This document shows, in pieces, positions 34,855 to 47,773 of a stretch of 64,000 nt of DNA (positions within the stretch are counted from its first letter, which is position 1; every line of letters begins with the position of its first letter). The DNA comes from Cyanophora paradoxa CCMP329. Its lineage: Eukaryota > Plantae > Glaucophyta. Location of the stretch: assembly GCA_004431415.1 (NCBI GenBank), contig QPMI01000111.1, positions 1 to 64,000 of the forward strand, given 5' to 3'. A program made the translations under genes and the position numbers. The notes below the pieces were generated by a model that saw nothing but the letters and a program-made list of their open reading frames with translations, was not told the DNA's origin and did not search any database.

Positions 34855-36417
34855 ATGGCATCTGCGGCTCTTCTGCACGCGCAGCTGAAGACCGGACCGC
34901 TTGCGGGGGCCTTCTCCGCGTCGTGCAGCGCCATCTCGATCGGTGCCTGCCTGGACGGGACGGGATCCGCTCTCTTCGGCACGTCTCTGGCGCTGCCTCC
35001 GATCTCTATTCCGACGTCCAGGCCGTCCGCCGCATTTGTCCGAGGTACGGACGGCCCGCGCGCGCCTGCTTTGACCGCGCGCGCGGCTAATCATGAGCGC
35101 GCGCGCATCGCCTCCCCGGTCCGGATCACATCTGCAGCTGTCTCAGGTATGTTTTAATCACGTACACGTGTTTCCGGATGCCCCGGACTGAAATCTGGGT
35201 CCGAATAGGTCTTGGCGACGGGAACGCCCCAACGAGCGTTCGGGCGATCTGCCGGCAGCCAGCGGGCCCAGTCGTTCGTGTAGTAGCGGTCACAGCGGAG
35301 CGGTCGCCGGGGCGGGAGGGGCGGGGGTGCTGGGGGGACCTGCCGAGCCCGGCGTCGGAGGCGGAGTCGCGGAGGTCGACACCGCGGGCGCTGCCGGAGG
35401 CGGAGGAGAAGGAGGCCGACGACCTCGACATGCCCGACCTCGAGCCCGAGGAGACCCCCTCCGAGCCCGAGCTGCCGGCCCCCAAGCCGGCCCCCAAGCG
35501 CGAGCGGGAGGCGCCGGTGGAGGCGGCGGAGAGCCCCGGGGCGGCGGGGGCGGAGGCGGGGTCGGCGAGCGGGGAGAGCTCTGTGGAGGAGCTCAAGGTG
35601 GAGGACGACGAGGAGGAGGAGGAGGAGGTCGACGTCGAGGAGGACGACTACGAGGACGACGAGGAGGAGCGGCCCCGCCAGCGCGCCAAGCGCGGCCCCC
35701 GCCCCGCCCCGCCCCCGATCAAGAAGGGCGGCGTCATCGAGAAGCCGGCGCGCACCGAGGCGGTGAGCGGGGCCGGGGCGCCGGCTGCGACGTTGTAGTG
35801 ACGGGCGGGGCGGGGGCAGGTTGCGGCGGCGAAGAACCTGACGTACGCGAAGCTCTCCGAGTTCTTCCACCTCCCCATCTCCGCCGCCGCCCGCGCCCTC
35901 GGCATCTGCGTCACCGTCCGCCCCGCCCCGGCCCCCGCCCCTCCCCGCCCTCCGGCTCACGCGCGCGCAGCTCCTCAAGAAGAAGTGCCGGGAGAACGGG
36001 TTCTCTCGGTGGCCGCAGCGGCGGGTGAACAGCCTGGACAAGACGGCGAAGGAGCTGCGGATGGTGCTGGAGAAGAACGTGCAGCTGCCGCGGATCCGGC
36101 CGACGCACGTGCAGTCGGTGCTGGACCACGTGCTGGAGCTGCGCGCGAGCCCCGAGCTCGTCTACATCGGCGGCGACGGCAAGCGCGCCAAGGAGATCGA
36201 GCGCCAGTACAAGTCCGCCGCCCCGCGCCCCGGGCCCCCGCGGCGGGGCTCTGAGACGGGGGCGGGCAGCCACGTGCTGTCGCAGTCGCGGCGGATCGTG
36301 GAGAGCGCGGAGGCGCGGGGTATGGTGTTCCCGTGGCGGGCGGGCGGCTCGGGCTCCTCGCGCCGCCGCTCCCGCGACGACGACCGCGACGACGAGGCCG
36401 CCTCCGACAGCGAGTGA
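34855..36417 (+). CDS. RWP-RK domain transcription factor; 5' exons tentative
   Basis: LTYAKLSEFFHLPISAAARALGICVT|LLKKKCRENGFSRWPQRRVNSL preceded by an acidic region. Confidence 0.85.
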
Positions 36418-37021
36418 GCCCGGCGCAGCCCGGCCCCCGCGCCTCGCCCCCGCCCCTCCTTTCACCTTTTCCCCCGCCATCTCCTCCATCGCCACATCAT
36501 TATTTGTCGAACGCGTATATTAGTATAACAACTCGATCCTCGAATCTAGGTTACGTGCAGGGAGTAATTACCCGTCGATATGTTTTGATTCCCTCCGGGC
36601 CTGTCTCCTGTGCAGCTCCCCGGCTCTTTTTGGGTGACCCCGCGCACCGGTGTACGCCACCACCCAGCGCCCATGTGCAGTAGCCCGCTTTCAGGACTCC
36701 ATTTTTCAAGTGGTGGTGTATTATATCATTGTTCGGTATCGGTATGCATTCCGTGTATCAGATCAGCTCATGCAGTGTAGAACAGATTTCAAAGCTAGAT
36801 TACTATAGCTAGTAAGTAGTTTACTACGGTAGTTTTGGTAAAAGATAATCGGTCGCGACATCCATGAAAGAGCACTTGGCCTTGCGCCGGCGCCGCGCGT
36901 GTCCCGCCCTGCACCTGCGGGGCCCGCCCGGCTGTTGACCTGGATCTCCATGGAGGGAAAGATATCGTGTGGGTTGGTTCTAGAAAGAGCACGTGACAGG
37001 CGACAAATGCAAGAGCGGGGT

Positions 37022-40000
37022 CTAGGAGGGGACGGGGGAGGGGGTGCGGGAGGAGGCGCGGCGGCTGCCCGTGGGCGTCCCCGAGGGCGTCGGCCTCGCG
37101 CTCCCGGGCCGCGAGGCGGGCCGCGAGGCGGGCCGCGAGGCGGGGCGGGAGGCGGGGCGGGCGGGGCCGGCCTCCTCGAGCTCGCCGACGGGGGCGAGCT
37201 CGAGGGCGAGGGCGAAGGGGTCGAGGGCGGCGCTGGGGCGGCGCGGGGCGGGGCTCCCGCTCGCCCCCGACCGCGAGCTGCTGCGGGAGCCCGGCCGGGA
37301 GCCCCGCCCCGCCCGGCCCCGCCGGCCCGCCCCCGCCGGGCTCTCCAGCGGCGAGTCGGGCCCCGAGGATGAGGGCGTTGGGGGCCCGGAGAGAGAGGCC
37401 GGGGAAGCGCGGGGGCCCGGGGCAGGGCCTGCCGCCTCGCGGGGGCGTGGCGCAGCTCGTACTGCCGCAGCCGCGCCCGCTCCGAGGCGCTCGAGGAGGC
37501 GCTCGCGGCGTCGAGGGGCGGGGGACGGCGGCCGCGCTTGGCGGGCGGGTGAGCTCCCAGCCGAGGGCGGCCCCGAGGGGTCCCCCTCGGGGAGGACCTC
37601 CGTGGAGGCGCCCCGCGCGATCTCCCGCCGCAGCCGCGCGTGCCGGTCCCGCCGCAGCGCCGGCGCCGCGCACGAGAGCGCCCCCGACGCGACGCCGAGG
37701 AGCAGGGCGAGGGCGAGGAAGCAGCTGAGGTCGAGCACGAGGCCGGCGCTGCGGGGCCCTCAGGCGGGGCGCGGCGCGGGCGGTGGGGGGCGGGGCGGGG
37801 CGGGGACCGGAGGTCGCGGCAGAGGGCGCGGGAGAGGAGGGCGCCGTAGAGGGGCCGGGCGAGGCGGGGGCACGAGAGGGCGCCCCGGTCGCCGAGGGCG
37901 AGGGCGGCGTAGCCGGCGAGGGCGGAGGCGTTGCGCGCCTCGAAGACGCGGAGGAGGTCGAGCAGCTGGCCGGCCGCCGCGAGCGCGTTGCGGGCCCCGA
38001 GGAGCGCCTCGAGACCCTCGTCCATCGCCGCCGCCGCCCGCTCGAGCACCCCGCGCGCCGCCATGCACTCGGGCCGGGCCAGCTGCTCCTCGCACCCGCC
38101 GGCGCCGCCCCGTACGCCGACGGCAGCGTCGCCAGGAGCCCCGCGGGGTCGGCGGGGGGGCGGCGGGGCCCGGGAGGGCCCGCGGGGGCGGCGGCGGCAA
38201 GGAGCGGGGCGAGGTCGGGGACGCGGTCGGCGCCGGCGGCGAGGAGGGCACCCACGTCGGCCGCCGGGTCCTCCTGGGGCGGGGTCGCGGGGGCGGGCGG
38301 GGCGGGCGGGGCGGGCGGGGACGCACGGAGGCGGCCCCGAGGGAGGCGGCGGCGGCGTCGAGGGTGAGCACGAGGTCCCCCAGCGTCCCGGCACCCCCGC
38401 GCCCCTCCCCCGCCCCGCCCCCGCCGCGGGCAAGCCCGTCGGTGCCGGCGCCGGGGCGGCCTGGCGAGTGGCGCGGCGCGGGGGGCTAGCCGGAGGGGCG
38501 AGGGGGCGGGGAGGGCGGAGAAGGCGCCGGCGACGTGGGCGGCGAGGCCGGACTCGGGGGGCAGGGCGGTGAGGAGGCCGGCCTGCAGGGCCGTCCGCCC
38601 GCGTCGGCGAGCCAGGCGAAGGAGCCGGCCAGGGCGCGCGAGCAGTTCGCGGCCGCCGTGCTGCCCAGCGAGCACGGCGGGGCCCAGGCGGCGTACGCCA
38701 GGCACCCGCAGGGGTCGCCAGCGCCGCCGCGCTCGCCTCGCGAGGCGGGAGGACCTGGGCGCGCACTGGAGGAAGGTGAGGCGGGGCGGGGCGGGGCGGG
38801 CGGGGCGGGGCACCGGGGGCGCGGAGCTGCTCGACGAGGGCGATGGCGCTGCGGACGAGCTGGGCGGCCTGCGGGCGTCGGGGCGTCGGGGCGGGCGGGG
38901 CGGGGCGCGGGGCGCGGGGGCGGACGGCGTCGAGGCGGAAGCGCCAGACGGTGTCGATGTGCCCGTTCGGGAAGAACTCCATCGCCCCGCCCCTGCGCCC
39001 CCGTCGCCGGCGCGCGGCGGGGCGGGGGCGGGGCGGGGCGGGGCGGGCATGGGGTCGCGGCAGTAGACGGTGCGGAGGGTGCGGGTGACGTTGAGGCTCG
39101 CCCCGAAGGCCATCGCCGCCGTCACGTTCGCCTCCAGCTCACGCCACGCCACCAACGCCCCCGGCGGGCCCTCCGCCGCCGCTGCCCCCCGCCTCACGCC
39201 CCAGCCGCGCTCCGCGGCGGGGAGCGGCGCACGGGCGGCGGGGCAGAAGCCGTCGAACTCGGCGACGGCGGCGTCGACCTGCGAGGAGGCTCGTGCGAGG
39301 CGGGCGGGGCGGCGGGGGCGGGGGCGCACGCTGCCGATGAGGGAGTCGAGGGTGCGGAGGCCCCAGTCGAGGAGCTCGTCGGCGGCGCTGCCGACCGTCG
39401 CGAGGGCGCCCGGGAGGTTGCGGAGGACCTGGCGGGGACGTGGGGCGGGCGCGGGGCGGGGGGCCGGGGGGACGGACGGTGAGGGCGCGGTCGCGGAAGG
39501 CGCGGGCGCCGGCGCGCTCGTTGCGGAGGATGGCGGCGAGGGCGCGCAGCTCCGCCCCCACGTTCCCCTCCACCTCGAACCAGGCCGTCTGCCCCCCGTC
39601 AGGCCGCCCCGGGGCCCCGGCGCGGGGGCGGGGGGGCGGACGAGGTACTCGGGCCCCGCGTAGCCGGCGAGGGCGCGCTCCAGCGCCTCGAACGCCGGCT
39701 GCCCCAGCTGCCCCCGGCCCCGCCTCACGCCCCGCCCCCGCACGCGCCCGGCCCCGCGCACCACGGGGTCGCCCGGCCCCTGCGAGGCGTTCACTGCTGT
39801 GCGCACGGGCGTCCACACGCCGTCGCGCTCGCACTCCGTCACCGCCTGCGGGCGGCGTCGGGGCCGGGGCCGGGGCGGGGCCGGGGCGGGGCGGACGCGG
39901 GCGACGAAGGAGGCGGGGCGAGGCGCTCGAAGTGGCCCGGGGCGAAGCAGGCGACGGCGACCATCGCGGCGCCCGTCTGGTGCACCATGAACATCGCCCA

Positions 40001-41242
40001 GCACAGCGGCTGCAGCAGCAGCAGCAGCGCCAGCGCCCTGCGGCCCGTCGCCCCCGTCCCCCGCCCCGCGTCCCGCCCGCGCACCAGTACACCCAGCGCC
40101 CGTGCCGGTGCTCCGAGGCGGCGGCGGGGCGGGGCTCGCGGGGCCTTGTACGCGGCGGTGCGGGCGCCGAGGGAGCGGCGCGGGGCGGCCTCCGCGGGGC
40201 TCGCCGCCTCGGCCTCGTCGGGGTGCTCGAGGAGCGGGGCGGGGCTGCTGGGGCCCCGGCAGCGCTCTCGGGGTCGGCGGGGCGGGCGCCGAGGGCGCGG
40301 CGGGCGCGGAGGCCGGGGAGGAGGTCGGCGACGGCGGCGGCGACGAGGAAGCCGCCGCCCACCGCGAGGAAGATCGCCAGCGCGATGTTGAACGGCAGCC
40401 TGCCGGCCCCTCGCCCCCCGCGCCCCGCGCCCCCCGCGGGGCTGGGCGCGCACGCGAAGCTCTTCAGGCTGGAGACGAGCGGGTGCGTGGCGATCTGGTC
40501 GGCGCGGCCGCGGAAGCCGGCGGCCACGGTGCCCGTGAAGTCCCGCACCACCCCGAGGAAGTACTCGTGGAAGACCGTCGGCGGCACCGTCCCCCGCGCC
40601 TGTGCCGCCTGAGGGGCGCGGCGCGGCGCGGGGAGGGCGGGCGCCGCACGCGGGCGTCGGCGTCGGCCGTGGCGGCCTCGGCGGCGCGCAGCTGCTGCAG
40701 GATCTCCTCGTAGCCAGCGTACACGACCCCGGCCCCCGCCACCGAGACGATTGCCAGCGCCCTGCCGCCCCGCCCCGCAATGAGCGCCGCCCGCCTGATC
40801 CTTACGCGGCGGCGCACATGATCGCAATGCCGGCGAAGAACAGGGCGAGGCGCGTCCGCGCCAGCGTCCCGCCCCGCGCCTCCTCCTCCTCGCGCTTCCC
40901 GTCGCTTTGGGCGTCAAGCTGGGGCCCGCGCGCCTTCCTGCAGCACCCGCAGGAGAGGACGTGCCAGCAGCGCCGCACGCCCCACCAGAGCGCCTCGGGG
41001 ATGTGCTTCATGCGGGACCGCGCGAGCACTGTGAGGACGAGCTGTATGATGCTCACTCCGATCATGAAGCCGCCGAATATGAAGCCGAAGACGGCCGCCT
41101 GCACCGCCGACGTGCTTAGCGCGCGAGCGCTAGCTGGACCGCGACGCAAGCGTCACAGGCGCGCGTAAGGACGCACGTTTACGTAGGACACCGCAGTGTC
41201 CGACAGAAGCGCCTGAGACGCATCGCCGCTGTCTGCGGCCAT
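37022..41242 (-). CDS. Large multi-exon, multipass membrane protein (prominin/tweety-like topology); boundaries approximate
   Basis: Hydrophobic helices (AVFGFIFGGFMIGVSIIQLVL, LALFFAGIAIMC, NIALAIFLAVGGGFLV, ALALLLLLQPLCW, CFLALALLLGV) separated by long helical loops with NxS/T sites. Family assignment is weak. Confidence 0.55.
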
Positions 41243-41703
41243 CTCTCTGCGGCCCAGCGAAAACCCAAGCGGCAAGCGGCCGGAAGCTACGCGGCTTGGA
41301 CGTATCTGCTCTGATCGACGCTCTCCGACCCCCCTGAACGTTCGCAATGGTCCGGGGGCGCTTCTCCCTAACTTCGTAACTTGCGGTCCCGGGCTCGCGC
41401 AACTCCCCGCGTACAGCTACGCGGACGTGTTCGTCGCGCCGATGAACTCTGCACTGTCGGCGGTGACTCCGCGATGCGCTGGCCGTCTCGGGCCGGCGCT
41501 TACACGTGCTCGTTTTGCGACTTCATCTGTGCGACCGCAGTCCTCTACCCCCCCTCTCAAGCACTGATCCAGGCCCGAGGTCTTCCACCCAATTCGAAAA
41601 GCGCTGAGGCACTGCGCGAGCGCTGAGCGATGCGGCGAGGGGAAAGAGGAGGCTATTGTACAGGGCGGGCGCGCAGGGCCGGGGCGGGCGGCGGGCGGCC
41701 GGT

Positions 41704-43830
41704 CTAGAACGGGGAGGCGGGGGCGCCCTCCTGCTCGGGGGCCTCGAGGGCGGGGCTCCAGCGCAGGCCGGCGTCGGGCCACGCCTCCTCCTCCTCCACC
41801 TCGGGGTGCGCCGCCGGCGTCGCCCCCTGCGCGCGCGGCGGCTCCTCCGCGGCCGGCGGGGCGGCTCGAGGCCGGGCCTCGGGCGGGCTTGCCCTGGTAG
41901 TCCCGCGCCGCTCGAGCTCCTCGTCCACGCGCCCCTGCGCCCCGTCACGCCGGGCGGGCGGGGCCGGCGGGCGGGGCGGGCGGGCCTTGAGGCGGGCGTG
42001 GGCGGCGGGGTCCTCGCGGAGGAGGGCCACGAGGTTGTCCCGCCCCTGCGCCAGGTTCTCCCCTGCGGCCCCCTCAGCCCCCGCCCCGCCCCCGGGGCCG
42101 CCGGGGCCGGGGCCGGGGCGGGCGCGCCGTCGAAGTAGTACCAGGCGCCCTTGCGCTCGAGGACGGCGAGGTCCTGGGGCCCCCGGGGCGTGGGGCCCGG
42201 GGCGGGGCGGGCGGGGGCGGGGCGGGGGCGGGGACCTCGGCGACGTCGACGAGGCAGCCGACGTCGTCGATGCCGCGCCCGAACACGATGTCGAACTCCG
42301 CCACCCGGAACGGCGGCGCCGTCTTGTTCTTCACCACCCGCACCCGCGTCCGCGCCCCGTAGTCGCTCGCCCCGTGCTTCAGCGCCTGCACCCGCCGGAT
42401 GTCCATGCGGACCTGCGGGGGGTGAGGCGGGGCGCGGCGGGGGCGCGGGGGCGGCGCGGGGGGCGCACGGTGCTGTAGAACTTGAGGGCGTTGCCGCCGG
42501 TGGTGACCTCGTTGGAGCCGAACATGACCCCGATCTTCGAGCGCAGCTGGTTCAGGAAGATCACGATGCAGCCCTGCGCGCCGCCGCCGCCCCCGTCGCC
42601 CCGCTGCCCTCCCCGCCTGGGCGGCCGGGGCGGGGCGGGGCGGACGGTGCGGGAGACGGAGCCGGCGATCTTGCGGAGGGCCTGGCCCATGAGGCGCGCC
42701 TGCAGGCCGATGTGCGCGTCCCCGAAGTCCCCCTGCGGCGGCCTCGCGCCGGCTCCAGGGGCGCCGCGGGCGGCGGGCGGCGGGCCTCGATCTCGGCGCG
42801 GGGGACGAGGGCGGCGACGGAGTCGACGACGACGACGTCGACGGCGGCCGAGCGGATGAAGTGGTCCATGATGTCCAGCGCCTGCTCCGCGTTGTCCGGC
42901 TGCGCCCCCGCCCCCGCTGAGGCCCCCGCCCCGGGGCGCCCGGGCGGGGCGGGGCGGGCCTGGGAGATGAGGAGGTTCTCGACGTCGACGCCGAGGGCCT
43001 CGGCGTAGGCGGGGTCGAGCGCGTGCTCGGCGTCGATGAAGACGCCGACGCCGCCGGCCGCCTGCACCGCCGCCACCGCGTGCAGCGCCAGCGTCGTCTT
43101 CCCGCTCGCCTCCGGCCCGAAGATCTCGATCACGCGCCCCTTCGGCAGGCCCCCGCCCAGCGCGATGTCCAGCGTCAGCGCCCCCGACGGCACCCGCTCC
43201 ACCGCGATCTTCTGCGCTCCGCCGAGCCGCATGATCGCCCCCTTCCCCACGCTCTTCTCCACCTGCGAGATCGCCCTGCACGCCGCCACGGAGAGCGCTC
43301 AGCGGGAGCCCGGCGGCGCCTGTGACAAACGAAGGAGCCGCGCACATCTGCAGCGCCCGGGACTTCTCCTCCGAGATCGGCGGGAAGTGCGGATCTGCGC
43401 AGCGCAGCGTCGGCGCGAGTGGCACGGCCGGTGCAGCACGCGGAGAGGGAAACGCCGGCGACGTACGTGATTCGCTAAGGGGCTCGGGAGGCGCGTCGCG
43501 GAATGATCGCGGCTGTGTGGGCTGCGGCGGACGCTGCGGCACTCCGCTCTTCTTCGGCTTCAGGAGCGCCGCAGGGCCGCGGAAGGACGGCCCCGCGACG
43601 GCGTGATCTGGGGCCTCTGTCAACACGAATCTAAGATAGGCGATGCGATTGTACGTCAACGTACGCTCTCCGTTGGACGCTGGCGGCGCCCGGAGCGATT
43701 GTCCCAAGAAGTCGCGCCTCCGGCTTATCCTGGCAGACGTCGCCGCATTTGCCTGGCTGCAGAGCGACGGTGCCGCAACTGGCTGCGGCCGCCCGCCCGC
43801 GAAGCAGCCCGCGGCCGGCGAGACGTACAT
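41704..43830 (-). CDS. recA: Nucleus-encoded, plastid-targeted cyanobacterial-type RecA
   Basis: [55 protein letters not shown]|[22 protein letters not shown]-terminal Ser/Ala/Arg-rich extension (MYVSP...[10 protein letters not shown]). Confidence 0.95.
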
Positions 43831-43972
43831 TGTATTTGGGGAGTACGCCAATTCGTTCTGAAAGCGGAAAGTGCCAGAGAGGGGGCCAGCGAGCGAGCGC
43901 GTCCGCTGGATGGAGTCGGCACGTCACTCAGAAGCGCGCCTCCGGGCCCGGTACTAGCGCGCCCGAGCGGCG

Positions 43973-46900
43973 ATGGAGGAATCAAGACCAAGGGCGCTCA
44001 AGTTCGCGGTGCCCAGCTCGAAGGAGCTAAAAGGAGGAGCGGGGCTGCAGCTGGGTGATGAACACGTCCGCGAAGTGCTGCGGCTCCAGTGCGCCACTGC
44101 GCGCCGCGGCGCGTCTCGCGCGTATGTGCTTGACACGGAGCCGCTAGTCCACAGGCAAGAGGAGATGATGAACTCGATGTGATCGAGGCGTTCCTCCTCG
44201 CGCACGGCGACGTGGGCGGCTACTTCCGGAAGCTGCCGCGGGAAGTCGTGCGGAAGGTGGCGCGCTGCGTGGGCCTCAAGGTGGTGGCCCCGCAGCAGGT
44301 CCTCTTCTACGAGGCGGACCCCGGTGCGCGCCGGCCCCGCCGGCCCCGCCGTCCCGCCCGGTACCTCGCCCCGAGCCGGCGCGGCAGGGGCCTTCTGGGC
44401 CATCATCCTGAGCGGCGCCGTCTCGCTCTTCGCCGGGTGGCGGCGCCGGGGCTCGCGCGCGGAGGACGAGGAGGAAGGGGACGACGGGCGCTCGACGGTG
44501 CTCTCGCGCTCGCGGCGCTCGTGGCGCATGTCCCTCCGCAAGGTCGCCTCGACGTCGGCCCTCTCGGCGCGCTCCTTCCGGGCCCCCGACTGGGGCGCCC
44601 TGCTCTCCGACTCGGAGGAGGGGAGCGGCAGCGAGGCCGGCGGCCGCGTCCGCGACCCGAGGCTCCTCCGCGAGCGCTACGGCCTCGCCCCCGCCGCCGC
44701 CGCCCTCCTGCCCCCGACCGCCCCGCCCGAGGCCCCGGGGGCGGGGGCGGGGCGGGACCACCGGGGTATGCCGGCGACGCGCTTCGAGCGGGAGGAGGCC
44801 CTCGGGCGCCTCTCCCTCTTCCGCCGCCCCGCCTCCGCCCCCAGCGCCCTCCACGCCCCGGCCCCGGTGGCGGCGCGGGGGAGCCCCGAGACGGGGTCGA
44901 GCGGGGGGACGCCGCGGTCGGTGGCGGAGGCGCTGGCGCGGGCCTCGCCCCTCTCCGTCTACCGCTTCATCGACGTCACGGGGCCCTCCCCGGGGCCACC
45001 CGAGGAGGCCCCCGGGCCGGCCCCCGGCGCCCTCTCCCGCGCCGGCTTCCTCCGCTTCCGCGAGGAGGGGCCCTCGCGCGGCCCGCCACCCCAGGCCCCC
45101 CGATCCCCGCGAGGGGCCCCCGCCCCGCCCCCTCCCCACCGCCCCGCCGGCCCTCGCCCCGCCCCCACCGCGCCCCGCCTCGCCCCGCCGAGGGCGGCTC
45201 GCCGCAGCGGGAGGGGGCGCGCTCGGCGGCGCCCCGCCCGAAGACGCGCGCCGTGTTCGGACCCCGGGAGGCCCAGGTGCGCCGCCGCCGCCGCCGCCGG
45301 CGCCGCCGCGGGGGGCCGACGCGGGGCAGGACTACTACAACGTGCTCGTCCCCGAGCCGCTGCCGCCCCTCCACGAGTCCTCCTCCTTCCCCTCCCACCG
45401 CTCCGGCCCCGCCCGCTCCCGCGTGCCCCGCGTGCGCCCCCCCGCCGGCTGCGGTGCGGGCGCGGCGCTCGCTGAGGGGCGGGGCAGACGGCGGGGTTCA
45501 TCAAGCGGCTGCTGCCGGGGGCGGCGTTCGGGGAGACGGCGCTCGCGCGGCACGTCCCCCGCACGGCGACGGCGGCGACGCTGGAGAGCCCCGCCGAGCT
45601 GCTGCTCCTCACGCGGCAGGACTTCGCCGCCACCCTGCTCCCCGTGCTCGAGGCGCAGCTCGAGGAGCGCGCCGCCTTCCTCCGCGCCCTCCCCATCTTC
45701 GCCGTCCGCATCCCCCCTGCGCCCCGCTTCCCCCGCCGGGGCGGGGCTGAGGCGGGGCAGGGGTGGGAGGAGGGGGCGGTGGAGGCCCTCGTCCCCTTCC
45801 TCTCCCCCTCCCACTACGCCCGCTCCGAGGGTCCGCCCCGCCCCCGTCCCCGCCCCCGGTCGCGCGCGCCGCTGCGGGGCGGGGCCGACGAGGGTGGGGC
45901 AGCGGTGGTGGAGGAAGGCGAGGTGGCGCCGGGCCTCTTCTTCCTGCGCGTCGGCACCTGCCGCCTCGTCCGCCGCCTCGACCCGCCCCCGCACCCCGCA
46001 CCCCAACCTCGCCCCGACGACGCCCCCGTCCGCCCCCGCCCCCGCCCCGCCGCCCCCGAGCCTGAGGCGCCGGCGCAGGGCGGGCGGGGGGCCGGGGGGC
46101 GGGGCGGAGGCAAGGGGCGAGGGGCGGAGCTGACGGTGGGGCTGCTGGCCCCGGGGCGGTGTTCGGGGTGGAGGGGGCGCAGCGGGGCGAGGCGGCGGCG
46201 CTCGGCGTCGTGGCCGAGTCGGCGGTGGAGGTCCTCTTCCTCCCCCGCGTCGAGTTCGCCCGCCGCTTCCGCGCCCCCGCCGCCGCCGCCGCCCTCGCCG
46301 AGGAGGCGGCGCTGGGCGAGGCCTGGCGCCGCCGCCGCCTCGAGGCCCTCCTCGCCGCGGAGGCCCGCAAGGCCGCCCCCGCGGCTACCTCGCCCTCGCC
46401 CCCGCCCCCGCCCCGCGCCCCCCGCCCCGGCCCCGCGCCCCGCCCCCCCGACCCCATGGCCGACGCGGAGGCGGACCTCAGCCGCGAGGCGGCCGCCCTC
46501 GCCACGCGCGTCGGCCCCTGGGTCCGCCGGCCCCGGCCCCCCGCCGGCCCCGCGGCGCCCCCGCCCCGGCCCCGTGCTCGGCCTCCTGCGCGAGGCCTCC
46601 GCCGCCGCCTTCCTCGCCGCCGCGCCCCCGGCCCCGCCCCGCGACGCCGCCTCGCTTCCGGCCTCCCTCGCCGCCTCCCTCGCCGCCCTCACCAGCCCCC
46701 GCCCTCGCCCCGCTCCTCCGCCCTCGCCCTCCGCCCCGTCCGCTCCGCCCGCCCCGCCCCGCGCCCCGCGCCCGCGCCCCGCTGACACCGCCGCGGCGAC
46801 GGGCAGGGCGGGCTCCTCGGGGCGGGGGCCGGGCGGCCGGGGCGGGCGGGCCGGGGAGGAGGGGCTGGAGGAGGAGCGGCGGGCGACGGCGGCGGCGGTG

Positions 46901-47773
46901 GCGGGGGAGGCGGCGGCGGAGGCGGCGCTGGTGGTGCTGGGCGAGCAGCGCGCGGCGGAGCGGGCGGAGGAGGAGGCCGCCCACGCCGCCGCCCACGTCG
47001 CCGCCGCCGCCGGTGCCCCGCCCCCGCCCCGCCCCGCCCCGCCCGCTGACCGCCCCGCAGCGGAGGCGGCGCTCGCCGCGCTGGAGGGCCCCCGCGAGGA
47101 AGCCGCCCCCGCCGCCCCGACCCCGCCCCACACCCGCAGGCCCCGGGGGGCACGCCACGGCGCTCCCCCCGGCCGTCCCGCGAGCGGCGGGAGCCGGGCC
47201 GGCCGGCGGGTGCGGCGGGGGTCGGAGGGGGCGCCGGGCGGGCCCCGTACCCCTCGGTGCCGCCGCTGGCGGGGCGGGCGGCCACGTGGGAGGCCCGCGA
47301 GGCGCCCCCCCGCCCCCGATGGCGGCAGCGGCGCCGGGGCCCGGGCGCCGGCTGCGGGCCGGCCCGGGGGCCCCCGCCGGCTTCCTGGTGAACTCGCCGC
47401 GGGCGCTGGCGGCGGCGGTCGCGGCGGAGGCGGCCGGCCTGCCGCCGTGGTACACGGAGCTGCAGGCGGCGGGGCGCCTCGGGCCCCTCCGCGCCGAGGC
47501 CGCCCCGCGGGGCCCGCCCCGGGGCCGGCGCGGGTGCGGCCCGTCTTCGAGGCGCTGCAGGCGCACGTGGGCGGCTCGCCCCGCGCCCGCGCCCTCCGCG
47601 AGCGGGCGCGCCGCCTCCGCGCCGAGACGGCCGCCTGGCTCAGGGAGGGCCACGTCCACGCCGCCCCCCGGCCCCTCCTCGTCCCCCGCCCCGCCGCCCC
47701 CGCGCCGCCCCCGGAGGCGCCTCCTGCGGCGCCCACCTCGCTGCCCCTCGTCTCGCCCCGAAGAAGGGCGTGA
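43973..47773 (+). CDS. Protein with two cyclic-nucleotide-binding domains; 3' end approximate; probable 1-nt frameshift near 46155
   Basis: VLFYEADP|G..FWAIILSGAV; LLPGAAFGETALARHVPRTAT; FLRALPIF; VVEEGEVAPGLFFLRVGTC; LAPG/VFG. Confidence 0.75.
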
